A stretch of DNA of 64,000 nucleotides, from positions 16,802,001 to 16,866,000 of the forward strand of contig CP075493.1 in NCBI GenBank assembly GCA_021613535.1. Direction: 5' to 3'. Shown here piece after piece: positions 13,230 to 26,600 of the stretch. The notes beneath the pieces were generated by a model. It made no database searches. It was given only the letters and a program-made list of their open reading frames with translations, and had not been told where the DNA came from. Each line of letters starts with the position of its first letter. Position 1 is the first letter of the stretch. This DNA comes from Adineta vaga. Taxonomy: Eukaryota; Animalia; Rotifera. Made by a program: the position numbers and the translations under genes.

Positions 13230-14440
13230 CTCTTTCTGTATAGATACTAAAGGCGACAAATTTACAAATTATCCATCACTTCTTCAAATTTCATATATTT
13301 CGTCATCAAAAGAAACTACTTCATTATCATCACCACTTTTCGAAAAATTTCGATTGTTATTTCGGCAAATCTTTCTTGATGGTGTTTATATATATTGTTG
13401 GGGTGGTCCATTACGAGAATTAACAGCATATTTAGAATTTATTTTATTTTTACTTCCAATTCCTAGTCATTTATATAATGTTCAAAGTATCTTTACGAGG
13501 TAGTTTAACGATTGGATCCATTCTCAATTGATTAATAATCTTCGTACAGCTGATAATTTCGATGGACTAGAAATACATGCGCCTGAACATGACCCAGTGC
13601 TATTCTTAGCACCACATATATTTAATGAAAAAAAAAATGTCAACTGGAAATCTTTGGAGCAATCAGAATGCTGTTGCATACCTGTTTCAACAATATTTAT
13701 CAAAACGTGAAACTCTTCAGAGTAATCAAGCAGACTTGATACTAGATTAACAAACAAAGATCCACATGTATCTACATTTCGTCGAAATCGTATGATTACA
13801 TACGCTTCAAATTATCGTGAAAACATATAAATCGGTTGATTCATGTGCTGATCTATCAATGGGAGAGTATTTTTTGTATTTACATAAGAAAATATTTTTC
13901 TTTTTCTTCTTCAATCAAGCATTAACCACTCTACGACTTGATATTTAATGATAATGAAGATGACGAGAGTAGTAGAGAGTCGATGGCTGCCCATGAATTG
14001 TATTAATGTCGTCCGATCTCTTTCGAACCTCGAACAACTGAAGAATCAATCGATATAAATCGTCATTCATCATCGCGACTATCTCCACCACCTGATGTTA
14101 CTTTTTCAACAACTGCTTCAATTTATGAATCATCTTCACCAGTTGCTGACGTGACACAAGTTGCTCAAATTACAACACCTATATGTGATACAAACTCACA
14201 TCTCTTTAGTACATCTAAACGAAAAATCCAGTCTATGCCATTGACACAACCGACATATTTTTGAGCTTCAACGTTCAATCAATCTTAGTGATACAGTAGA
14301 AAAACGAATCCTTCGTGAACACAAGATTAAAGTCAAGAATATCAACATCGTCAAGTCTGTCCTTTATATTGGTCTGAAATCTGAACAGGATCAACAGCTG
14401 TATGACAAGTTATTGCCAATGGAAATGTTCATCTAAACCA
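13230..14440 (+). pseudogene. Decayed DEDD-type 3'-5' exonuclease-like ORF, possibly mobile-element cargo
   Basis: ExoI-like FCIDTKGD...PSLLQI, IYCWG...EL, ExoIII-like RRNRMITYASN (about 13780-13812) and a C-terminal RILREHKIKVKNINIVKSVLYIGLKS. Broken by stops and frameshifts. Confidence 0.4.
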
Positions 14441-15403
14441 TATGAAGGGCGGAGGTGTCAGAATCGCCATCTATATCAGATGGGCGATCCTTCTTCTCTC
14501 TTTTCTCTTTCATCACCGTCATTGGACGAAGGTTTTGATGTTGTTATTGTTGTTGTTTTTATTTTCTTCTCTTCGTTGTTTTACCTTTTTTGGGTGTGGG
14601 TCTGCGTCTCTTGTATTCACCCACACTCATGCCATCATAATCGGAAGACATCTGAGGACCTTCCGTTGTAAGTTGTTCTTGTCATGTTATAACGAAGAAA
14701 ATTTTGTTAAAACTATGCATTAAAGAATTTAAAAACATAAACAGTAAAATAGACAGAATAAAAAGAAAAAAAAGCTTTTTCACTCAAAAAATGAAATAAG
14801 TTCTGTTTGTATTCAGTTCAACAAATTGATGTTATTCTTTTAAAATGAAGGTGTAAGTGATTTCTGCAACGTCTACATTTACCATTCTTCATGGTAACTC
14901 GTTTTTTGTTTTGAAACTAAACAATGATAAGAAAATTTTTCACGATTTTATTTGAGATTATCAAAAACGTATATCATCCAGTATACATGCACAAAATATC
15001 AAAAATAACACAGATTCGGTAATAAAAATTAAAAATTTGAATTGTTTTTCTTTGCTTTTGACGTTTTATCTAGGAAGAAAAAAAAACTTTTGTTTCTTGA
15101 TCTCAGAACAGTTTTTCAATGATCTATACACATAGATTTTCTTAATAGATCTCAATTACAATGTTATGTCTTTGTAATTAAGTTATGTAATGTATTTGAG
15201 ACTTTCTCATATGCAAAATAGAACTATATATCGAAGGAATTAATAGGAAGAACTTCAAGATATATGTAGCAACAATTGTTTAGTTTCTTACTGTTACATT
15301 TTTCTTAATGATTTCTATTATTATTCGAAACCTATTTTACAATAATGGACAGTTATTTATATAAAATACTAATTTAGATATATCATTCAATGATTTTTTA
15401 CTA

Positions 15404-16413
15404 ATGTCAATTCATGAAAACATCAAGAAAATGAAAGCATATGCACATTTTGTTTTTGGTCTTCTCGTTGGAATTCTTATGTGTTTATATATGACGTATC
15501 GTGTAAGATTTTTCGTACCATTGAAAAATATATCAATTAACAATGCTGATTCTGTATCTACATTGAATTTAGATGTATATAATAAAACATTTAGTGTTCA
15601 ATATTGGAAAAAAAAGAAGAATTTTGGAAATCAAGATGATATATTTTTCTTTCCTATCCTAAGCACTATTTTGGTTCCAACAGAAGGAGAAATAATTATA
15701 ATAGAATTTGGAGCAAATATTGGACAATTTAGTGAAATAATCTTAAGTACAGTACATAAGATCCCATATGTTGTATATTCTTTAGAACCTGTTGAATCAT
15801 TATTTCAACTGATGAAAAATCGATCGATATCATTGCGAAAACAACCAAATGATAAACATTTTCTTTATAATATTGGTATTAGTGATCGATCAGGCCGATT
15901 TCCAATTTATACACATGTACCGAATCAACCTGGAGCAGCGTCAACGTTAGGAAAAGGTTTAAAATCCAATTTTAAATTGATAGGAGAAGTTCCAATTAGT
16001 ACATTACCCGAATTTATTAAAACTAATAATATAAAAACACCAATATCTTTTGTTAAATAGATGTCGAAGGATTCGAACCAGAAGTAATTCTAGGCATGAA
16101 TTTAACAGTAAATGCTGCGATATATCCATTGTTTTTATTTGAAACTGGTGGTACATGGCTAGATGATCGTTCGGTTCTAGCTAGAACTTATACAGTAAAA
16201 TCATTTGTACAAATGTTGAATAATTTTGGATATGATTGTTTTTATATTGGTAATCCATATCTTTTACCTCTTACTGGACCAAACTGGGATGATTCATTTG
16301 ATAATATGAGCAGAAGTACTAATATTTTAGCAGTATTACGTGCTTCACAAACTTGGAAAAATCTATATGCATCACTCACGCACATTTCACTTAATTCTTA
16401 TCAATGGCTTTGA
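15404..16413 (+). pseudogene. FkbM-family SAM-dependent methyltransferase with N-terminal membrane anchor; 1-nt frameshift (pseudogene or sequence error)
   Basis: Motifs IIIEFGANIGQFS and YSLEP. Adding one A at 16055-16057 restores FVK-I-DVEGFEPEVILGM and fuses both ORFs. Later GYDCFYIG. Intronless. Confidence 0.8.
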
Positions 16414-16548
16414 AATATTTATTATATATCAATTATCAAGAAATGAATATCATTATATCGATTTAATCAGTTAACCTTAATATGCTTTTCTCATAATTAT
16501 TTTTATTTTGTTTATCTAGAGGTATTAATACAAAAAATATACTTTACA

Positions 16549-16749
16549 GAGGTTGTGTGGATGGATGATGGTGGGTGTGGGTGTGGTTATATAGTTTTGA
16601 GTTTGAGAACTGATTTGCTTGAGAGATCGAAATCACAGATAGGGTGGGTGTGGGTGAGGGTGTGGGTTTGGGTGAGGGTGAAGATATTAAGATTTGAGCG
16701 ATTATATTCTTGATATACCTACATTCATACCCATACCTTCATCCTCAAA
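16549..16749. repeat. Largest copy of a dispersed telomere-repeat-like (TGTGGG/TGAGGG) inverted-repeat element
   Basis: gggtgggtgtgggtgagggtgtgggtttgggtgagggtg followed by a C-rich arm ending catcctcaaa. Related copies at 213, 1828, 2118, 2393, 7016, 13153, 14591, 24615 and 58567. Confidence 0.65.
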
Positions 16750-17249
16750 TTACATTAGAGTAGAGTCTCGTATGCGTTTAGCTAGAAAAAAGTGAAATGA
16801 TTAGTTCTATAAAAATGCGTATTTGAGAGTGGGCCGGTTATAATTTCATAATTATTCGTTGAAAGAGCTCTTTCTGCTAGGTTTTTTAAAGAATTGCATG
16901 GGCTATCTTTCCTGAAAAACTCAAATATATACATCAAAATCCTGAGAGGAACATTTATCATGGGACATCCGTTAGTTTTTTACACGCGCTAGCTTATTGA
17001 TGCCTTCTTTAAACCATACTTGCATCTTTAAGGTTTGTATTACTGAAGTTTTTAATTTAAGATTTTTCTGAACATTTTCAAGTTGAAATTCCAAGATAAT
17101 TGCTTTTCGGCTTTGAAAGAACCTGTATTAAAGACGAACGTCAGGTTTCCACAAAAAAGTGAAAAAACTCGAAAAAATAGTGGGGAAAACTCCAAAAACC
17201 GGAAACTGTTCGCGAAAAGCTGAACAGGTGTCAGCTCGGAATAAGACAA

Positions 17250-17480
17250 CTAAAGTCCATTCATTTCGACGAACAGTGAAATATATATTCGTATTTCAAT
17301 ATGCACGGTTATCCATGGGTCCTCAAGTCCTATGCTAGGGGAGTACCCTCCTTATATGGTATATGAACACCCTAGGGTAACCCCCCACCCCCTAGTATAG
17401 GACTTGAGGACCCATGGGTAACCGTGCATATTGGAATACGCATATATACTCCAATGTTCGTCGAAAGGGATGGACTTTAG
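17250..17480. mobile_element. MITE/foldback element with ~90-bp inverted arms
   Basis: ctaaagtccat..ttcgacgaaca..caatatgcacggttatccatgggtcctcaagtcctatgctaggg is mirrored by ccctagtataggacttgaggacccatgggtaaccgtgcatattg..tgttcgtcgaa..atggactttag. Confidence 0.8.
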
Positions 17481-18924
17481 AGTTCACATCAGTTTAGTTG
17501 ATCGATTAATTCAGTTTGTTGAGCTGAAGTCGTGAGTAAAGTGAACTGATCGGAACTAGAACTGAGCTATGTGTGCTCCTAATGATAGGGGTCTTAAAGT
17601 TATGTACAGGAAGAAAAACAATCAAATTTACTTTTTTCCATATAGATAGGCAAAAGATTGCGTTTGGCTAAATACACGATCAGGATAAGCATAAACACGC
17701 GTATTCATAATACGATAACTAGCTGCTTCAGTCTACCATGACGGTCTTGCATTTATTGTAGAAAGAAAAAATGAAATACTCTGCATACACCCTCTGTCTA
17801 TATATACAGGTAAAATGACAGTATACAATTCAGTCAACGATTATAACCCGCGTAGGTATCAGTGTAAGTAATAAGGTAACCAATTTTGCATCAACTTATG
17901 ATGAATACTTTATATTTAATGTTGTGAAGAAAACTGTAATATATTTTTATTGATTTTTAAGACATCTTAAACGTAGTGATCTAGGACTAAGTTTACCCGT
18001 TAAGAAGATAAAAATATTAACAGATTGGATGCGTAAAGAAAAATTGTGCATTATTATATCAGATAAATGAAAGGAGACCGGATAATAGGTCAAGTATAGA
18101 AGAAAAATTACTAGATGCAGCACTAAAATGTCTCTGTCAAATTCAGCAAAGCACATAATGACTTTCTCGTTGGATACTGTTACTGACAACGAAATCTTCC
18201 CATCTGTTCTCGCTTCATTCTACTGTAGTCTACCGACAAATCAGAATATACCGAATCTTTTTCCTTGTCGAAATTTTATGGGCCTTATGGATTTAGAATT
18301 ATCGTTATGAATATTTAAACTTAATGAGATTGGGAAGACCCATCGAATTTTTAATATTTTAATGCTCTATAGTTTTCTGGAAAGCTACAGGCTTTTGGAA
18401 AAATCATATTTTCGAATTTTGATCTAGATTGCAACTACTTAGGAAAAAATATACTTTATTCGTAAGAGTTTCACAAGAAATGAAAACTATTTCAGTCTGG
18501 CAAATCATATAACGTTATAATCACCGTTTATTCCCTTTACTCCTTGGAGTCCCTTTACTCTGTTTATCCCTTTTAGTCGTTTTGGTAGACTAGGATGACT
18601 TTAACTATTTTTGGGCTAATGAAAATTCATGGGATCCTATAAAGACTTTAGAAGACCCATATGGTGTCTGAAAAATTTTTCGAGGTTGGTTCCTTTCACA
18701 AAGTCATTTTTCGGTCTTCTGTACCACATATATTGTTTCCGGGTAGTGTAACACCTCATATAGCTTAGCTTTTTTAATGTATTTCAGGATTTTCAGTTCT
18801 TGTCCTTGTGAAATACGAGCTCTGCAAAAAACAGACACTGTTTCAAGCCTATTGGGCATTACGAGGATATTTCAAAAACAAACGATAAGTTTTGTGTCAA
18901 ATCAGTCTAACCCAAAAACATAGT

Positions 18925-19295
18925 AAGTTTGACGCGAAACTACAAGCAATTAAAGACCTCAGAGTTAGTAGTAAATTCTATAAATTTCAGCTCGATGGGC
19001 CACGCTTCTGCCGTAGTTTGAAACCCGGGCGATTATATCCACTTCTGATTTCGGTCTAACTACTAAAAGTGGAAGAATTATCCATTTTTCGAAGACAATT
19101 TTTTACACACTTTTCTATAGGAGAAATCTTCGAAAAGCGAATGGTTCATTTACTCTCAGTCGTTAGAAAATAGCGATAAAGGGGTATACAAAGCTGAATA
19201 CCATAGTACGGCAAAACCGTGACCGACGCAGCTAAAAGTTATAGAAATGAGTATTAACTCTGGATCCTTTATGTGCCAAAAGTTTCACGTCAAAT
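18925..19295. mobile_element. Degenerate foldback/MITE (~370 bp)
   Basis: Left arm ttgacgcgaaact..cagagtta..ttctataa..cagct..ccacg..tgccgta..ttttcgaaga is matched in reverse complement by tcttcgaaaa..tacggca..cgtga..agct..ttatagaa..taactctg..agtttcacgtcaa. Confidence 0.55.
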
Positions 19296-21699
19296 TGCTT
19301 GTATTTTCTACTCGGATCAGAATGACTCTATAACGTCCCCGTCATTTACAGGAAAAGCATGAATACAAGAAAGCACTCGTTAGAGAAAATTCGAAGTTAC
19401 ATATCACTAGTCAATGCACCCCATGAATTCTCCCGTCGAGCCTACCAAAAGTTTACTACATGAAGTAGGCAAATGGAAAGCGTTTAATATGAACCCCATA
19501 GTTGTAATAGGGACAGCACTGAGCTTTAGAAAGAAGGGTTGGATGCCGTGAGATTTAATTCTTATCATAAGATATTCTCTTTGGCAGGAAACATTCGTGT
19601 GGTCTATTAGCTCCTCTGTTTGAAAACCGATCAAGTCCTTATTGGTTCTTGCGATCAGCTTTCATTGAGTTCTCATTATGCTAAAAATATGAACCCAGAC
19701 GGTTTGGGTTTTGATAGTTTTCAACTGGTAGTGAGGCTTTTGCGACTACTGCACCCTACATTTGAAAAAATAAAGAGTTTATGAGCTTACAACGAGTAAC
19801 AAGCCCTTTTCTTTCCTTCATAAAATAGCTAATAAATCATTACTGCAAATCTTAAACCGAAAGACCATTTAGTATGTTCGCCCTATCCAGAAGAAAAGAA
19901 TTTGTCGCCCGTTTCAAACTCATAAATCTATTTTCAGTGTACTATTCTCAGTTTTTGCAGTCTCCTCATAATACTCGCCAACCGTAAGTGAGCATAATTT
20001 CCTCTGTAATAAAAGATTATGTAATTCATTATCCGTTGGACAATATCAATGTGTGAGAACACTATCCGCTAGATGCACTAAACTTTAGTACAAGCAGAAC
20101 AGCTAGCAACCTATTCCAAATTGTTGCAAATTTACATGACTAAAGCCCGTTGGGTCCAAGAATTTTAGACCCAGATCCAGACCCTGACTTTCTATCTGAT
20201 TCTGGACACGGCCCTAACTTCAATTACACTCAAATTTAGAGTACATCTATACAAATGTCGTGATCGTTCAGCTAATGCATGTTTTAATTTATAAGTTACT
20301 GCTACCGATGACTAATGCATTTTACAAATGTAAGAATTCTTCATACTGACTTTTATAAGGAGAAAAAGTAAAAATTAAAAAAAATTTCTTATATTTAATA
20401 ATTTGCTCGGAACCGATAAATGTAACTTTATGGACCACATCCTAAAACCATTCTACAACAAAAGAATCCTGCGTTTCTAGTATAGAATGCAAAATCACAA
20501 TTACACAAATCATCTACAATGCGAATAATCCACCTATCTTTAACAGAAATATTCCAAGGCGACAACTCCGCCTCAAAAGAGCAAACAATATCAGATCATA
20601 CATTTAACGCCGTACAGATTTTAAGGAGTTAGCTATCCTCTAAACCGTTTCTAAATCATTAACGAAAACTAATCTTCAACAACCAGTATGAAGTATTATA
20701 AAAAAAAAGTAATAAACTTCGAATTACGGCGAGGCTGCCGATTAAGGCCAGTAACAGATCATGAATGACAAATGCATACAGGTAAGGCTATTGAAGAGTC
20801 GTTTTAAGTATTCGAGTCTAAGACTATTCGAGCAGACAACTTGAGCATAGGTGAGCGGAGGATCAAGTTGAGAATGAGGAGACCAATATATATAGGTGGA
20901 GGGTGGAGGGGGCAATAGTATTTGCTGTGGATGCCTAATTGAATGTTATAGATATGTACTGCACTAATTTAATATTAAAGACAAACTATATCTCATAATA
21001 ACTGACATTACATCAAAGAAATATGTAATATATTGAAGGACCTATCATAGTTTTGACATATCAGAACAATGATGCTTCTCTTTTTTTAATCATATATAGA
21101 TTATTAAATGATTTATTTCTGCATATCCCTTTACTTTAATCGTTTGTTTAATCTATTTTAACGAACGAATTTTATTTTAAAATATGTTTATTCTATAGCT
21201 AAAAATACTTCGGCCAATTTCGTAGACCTTTTGGTCAACTTATTTTCATTTTTCTTGAAATGAGAATAATAGAATGCATTGATATGGAGAGAGAGAAATA
21301 TAATTTTTTATTATTTGTTCTCATTCTTAGCGGATCGATACATGAGCTAATTATACTGATGGTATCTATTAAGCATTATCATAACAACAAAAAAGTCGCT
21401 GACTATCGAATAAGTTAAGTAGTGTTCGATTCGAGTCGTTTTCGGTCTCTAGTAATTAGGTTATTATTTTAGAAAAATTGATATTTTTTTCGATTTAACC
21501 CGATTTATTCAGAACTTTGATAAAAGGATTTTTTTATGTCATTGCATCCTCTGATGTCTATATGTAGAATAAACAATAAATAATCGGTTATGAGTTCATG
21601 CCGGAAATGAATTACAAAATAATTCAAAATTCCTATATAATATTGTTAAGTATTTTATTTTATTTTATCTTTTCGTAAATTCTTTTTTCCCTTTCTTCA

Positions 21700-21741
21700 T
21701 CTATCTATCTATCTATATATATATATATATATTTTTTTTTT
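21700..21741. repeat. (TCTA)n(TA)n poly-T simple repeat upstream of the NRPS
   Basis: Read directly. A TATA-like cctatataa sits near 21632. Confidence 0.7.
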
Positions 21742-22052
21742 CTTTACTTAACACTTAGAAAGTTTTACCAGAGTCTACCAGGGTCTAGCATGCTTTTCGC
21801 TGAAAGAAGATGAACGTGATTAGGGTCCAAAAGAGATATTTTTCACCCCCGCCTCAAGATGAAACCCGCACCCTCAGGATCGTATGTAGTTAAGTAAGTC
21901 TTGATCAAAAACTGAATTATTCTGTAATTCGTTTACTGCACCCAGTGAATAGCTCTAGTGATTGTTATATCTTACTGAATATTGTTTCTCTTCAGATATC
22001 TTTATCTTTCACATTACTCTCTCACTCAAATTTTGCGATTCGTAAAGTTTAA

Positions 22053-23634
22053 ATGTCTATGAACATGGAAACTGTACTATTGCAGAAGATACAAAAGCAG
22101 GAAACGATGCTTCTGTTGTCATCAGGTACCATTCCAATCACTGGACGTTCGCAGAGCATCACTTCTTTTGCTCAACAACGTATCTGGTTCGATGAAAAAT
22201 TGTATCGCGATGCTGCGACATCATCAGTTACAAACAATCTTTTATTACCCTTAGTGATCAAGGATGGCTCAATGTCAATTGAACGTATTCGCTCAGCAGT
22301 AGTTACTGTTCTCGAAAGACATATGGTTCTTCGAACAGCCATTCACTTTGATAATGACTGTGGAAAGCTGATACAACAGGTGCAACCTATTGTGGATAAT
22401 TATAGTTATTCCTTTGAACTAACAAAGAAAAATCTTCACGCTCAAAATGAGATCGATGATTTACTCAAAAATGAACGTATCAGTCATTTTGCTAAATTAG
22501 AACAAGGTTTGGTTGTCCGTTGTCAGCTAGTAAAGATAAGATTTGATGACGACATGGAAAGTCTTCATCCAGATGATCTTATTATTTTTATATTTCACCA
22601 CATTGCTTTTGATTATAATTCTGCTGGCTCATTTATTACTGCATTTACGCGAGCATATGATCAAACAGAATGCAATATTGCGAAATTACAATATATTGAT
22701 TTTACTCAATATGAAGATCAACAATTAATCAATGGAACTGAAAATTCTGAGATAGGAAGAGCTCAACAGTTTTGGTCCAGAATGATCGATGATTATAATT
22801 TAAATGAAAAATATCCACTGCCAATCACTTCTATGCTCAGAAACAAAATACGCTCTGGACGAGCCTACAGCACATCGTTTGTTCTGGATTCAAATTTAGT
22901 GGAAGCTCAAATTAAATTTGCAGTCTCACATAATGTGTCTATGTTTCATCTTGGACTAGCATGTTATTTTCTTCTTATCTATGAATTAAATGATGGTAGC
23001 ATCAGTGATTTATGTGTGGCTTGCCCTACAGAAAATCGACCAGTAGTCGATACGAAATCAATGATTGGTACATTTGCGAATATATTACCATATCGTATTC
23101 GAATCAATGCAAATGATAGTTTCATTAACTTGGTAAAGCAGATTTGTCAATTGGACACGGATATTCTTAATCATTTTCAACTGCCATACCAGCAGATCAC
23201 AAGTGGAAACAAGGACTTACGTTCAAGAAAGATTCCATTTCATTTTTCTCATGATTCAGTTTGCTCATTTCCAACAGATGAAATGACCTTAAAATCAAGA
23301 ACAAAGGATGCAACATTAAGTTTATATACTGATCGTCCATGGCTGCATGTTACCGGCGTTGCTTTCAACGATTTTACGCTGAAAATGATCCATAATCAGT
23401 CTAGTCGAACGACTTCCTGTATCTTTGAATGTACAGCTGATTGTTATGATGAAATGGCAACATCCAGTATCGGTCAACACTTTCAAAATCTTCTACTATA
23501 TATTTTCGCTAAGAAAACCGAAACTAATGGATTCGATCCAACACGTGAGAAAATTGGAAATCTTTCTCCTCTGCAGATAGTCGTTCCAAATTTGTCGGAA
23601 GTCTCTCAACATCTACCGAATGTAACAGAAACAA
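22053..23634 (+). CDS. NRPS first coding exon: N-terminal (starter-like) condensation domain C1
   Basis: SFAQQRIWF and HHIAFDYNS. Phase-1 donor gtaagt at 23635, matching acceptor ending at 25168. Confidence 0.85.
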
Positions 23635-26600
23635 GTAAGTTTTTCGAAGAGAATTGCTCCAAACTCCTCGCTTATAAATCTATATGAGTTAAAACTTATA
23701 TATAGCGACAAAAAGACTACAATAAGATTAAGCATCCTTGCCTGCAGCAAAAGAAGTGTAAATTCGCCTAAATTCTTCCAGTAATAGAAGTTCAAGCCCT
23801 ATCCCCCTAATCAATAAGCTACCCAAAAATTCGTGAATGATTGGTAAAAATAGGAGGTCTGGGCTTTATATTACGTACGTGTTTGTTTTTTCTTATGTTC
23901 ATTACTGTTTGGAGAAAAGAAGATTATTGTTCTCTTTTTAATGGTATACACATGGGTAATGTTATTTCATGTTTTTTTCTTTCGTATTCTCAAGATCAAT
24001 TTAGGCAAAGATTAGGAATAAAAACTCCTTTTTTTTTAGAAACAACACGAAATATCGCAAGGAAAACATTTTCGACTTTTTTGAATGTTCACGACTGTAA
24101 AAAAGACAGTTTCTTATAAGATACGACATCGGCGAGATTTGCATTAATTGTGGTTCAATTTTTATTGTAATTTTATGAGGAAGAGTATACGGGAGGATGG
24201 AAACCGACAATCCCAGATTCAGTCACGGAAACTGTTCGCTCTACTACTTTGAAATTTAGCAATACTTTGTTATAGTATACATTTTGAGTACGTTCTAGAT
24301 ACAAAAATACAAAATTTAAGAATTTCCCGGTGCATATCTAGAACGGTTCTGACCTAACTAAAAGATCCCATAATATGACTACAGATCCAAACATGTAAAT
24401 AAATTACATGTACCTTTCTATTCATACTAGAACATATCTATTTCAATACAGGTCATCTGAGATCGTAAAGGGAAGGCTGAAGATGATCATGACTGCTAGA
24501 AATAACAAAAAATACTTGATTGAGTAGTAACTATATACAAAATCATATAGCATACAGAATAATTGTATTGAACTAGATATTTTACTCGTATGAATATACA
24601 TAAGAGTTTGATTAGAGGGTGTAGGTGTGAATATGAATATCAGTGTGGCTCCTATACTCTCACCTTCACCCACACGCACACCCACCCTCAAGATGAAGTG
24701 TACGACGATTGGCAAAACCATTTAAAACGTGAAAAATTTTATTTATCGAATCATCATTTTCCTACTTAGGAGGTACGAGTTTCTGGAAGTCTTTACTCTT
24801 CATCATCTAAAATACACTCAGAATGTATATAGAAAAACCAAATACAAATTTATAAAGAGAGTTGGAAGGCGAATCTTTCAGTAAAAAAATAGGTTGATAG
24901 CTTCTCAATTCAGTAAAATAATTAGAAAATAAAATGCGACATTCCTCATGAAACACCTGTTAATACGTAATTTGTTGGGTAGTTTTGTAGTATTACATAA
25001 AGCCCTAATAAAGATTTGTGAAGTATTTACGGAATTGTTGCGACAGTTTCGTAGTATTACGTGACACTAAAAAAGATTTCAACTGTATTGGAAATGTTGA
25101 AATCCTTTTTAGTCTCTATAATCTAAGTTTTTTTTGCAGTGTATAAAGATAGTAATTGATTATTCCAGGCCCAGCATCATATATGCAAACTAAAATTTGG
25201 TACGATGAACGACGCCGTTTCGATTCCGATGAAGTACAAATAGCAACTTACAATATGCCATTTCTTTATCGTCCTTTCCGTTGTCATACTTTGTCAGCAG
25301 GACAGCTTCGTCATGCTCTTCAACTCATTATCAACAAACATCAATCACTTCGTACATCATTTGTCTTCGACACTGCTAAGAATTTGCTCACACAGCAGAT
25401 CATCGATCAGAAAGCTAACAAAGACAACACGTCTTTAATCATCGAAAGCATCTATGAAACCGATGAACAATTAACTAATATCATGCATGATGAACAGACT
25501 AACTCTGAACTCTTCGATATGTCTCAAGGTCTTGTATTTCGATGTCATATTGTATATTATAAAGAAATCTCCGGAAATGGTCTAATTGGTGAAAAAGATG
25601 CTCTTATTTTCAATTTTCATCATGCTTCATTCGACCTTCCATCAATGGACGTGTTTATTGATGATCTTAATCAAGCTTACACAACAAATCAACTACGAAC
25701 CAATGACGACACTTCGCTACGTTATTTAAATTGTAAATATAAATCATTCGCATACTTACTTTTCATGAAATATCGTTTTTTCTCTGTTTTGTTTAGATGC
25801 TCTCATTGAACAACAAATAACAATGCATGGTGCTAGTATATTTTGGCTTGATACACTTCGTGGATACAATATTGATCAATCTCTACCATTACCATTTGAT
25901 CGGTATCGCCTTTCGACTGAGCCTCGAACAGATCGTGGAACATCTATTATTTTCACTTTTGATCAAGATTTGTCACGTAGTTTTCTTGCTTATGCATTAT
26001 CAAACAATATCAAACCTGAATATCTGACACTAACTACTTATTATGCATTTTTATTCAAGTTAACAAACGGAGAAAAAGATTTGTGTATTGGAATGAATAC
26101 AGATGGGAGATATAGAGATGAATTAAAATCAGTGATTGGAATGTTTGGTAATGTTACTCCATTACGATGTCAATTAGATCCTTCTTGGTCTTTCTCTCAA
26201 TCAACCAATTCTGTTTGTGAAATGGTAACAAATTGTATGAGATATTCTTATTTTCCACTTCAACGTATTCTGAATCAACATTCAAATACTTCAAAACTTA
26301 CATTTCCTGATACATTTTTCGAATATCAGTCTATTGAAAATGAAATGAACAAGAATAAAATAAGTATCGGTGGTTGTTATTTGCATGCTATGCCTTTCTC
26401 AATTAAAACTAGTGAACATGAAATAATGAGTGAACATGATTTTATTCTTAGTATTAAACATGATATGAATATTAATCAACTTTCATGTACAATTAAAGCA
26501 TCACGCGATTTGTTTAATGTAGAAACAATTGATAAAATCTCTCAACGATTTCATGTAATGCTAAATCAATTATTTATATCTGGTGACATTCAAATGAAGA

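Noticed and set aside
21882-21995. Candidate 5'-UTR intron of the NRPS
   Set aside because: A good acceptor (ttctcttcag) and two possible donors are present, but they cannot be validated without transcripts.
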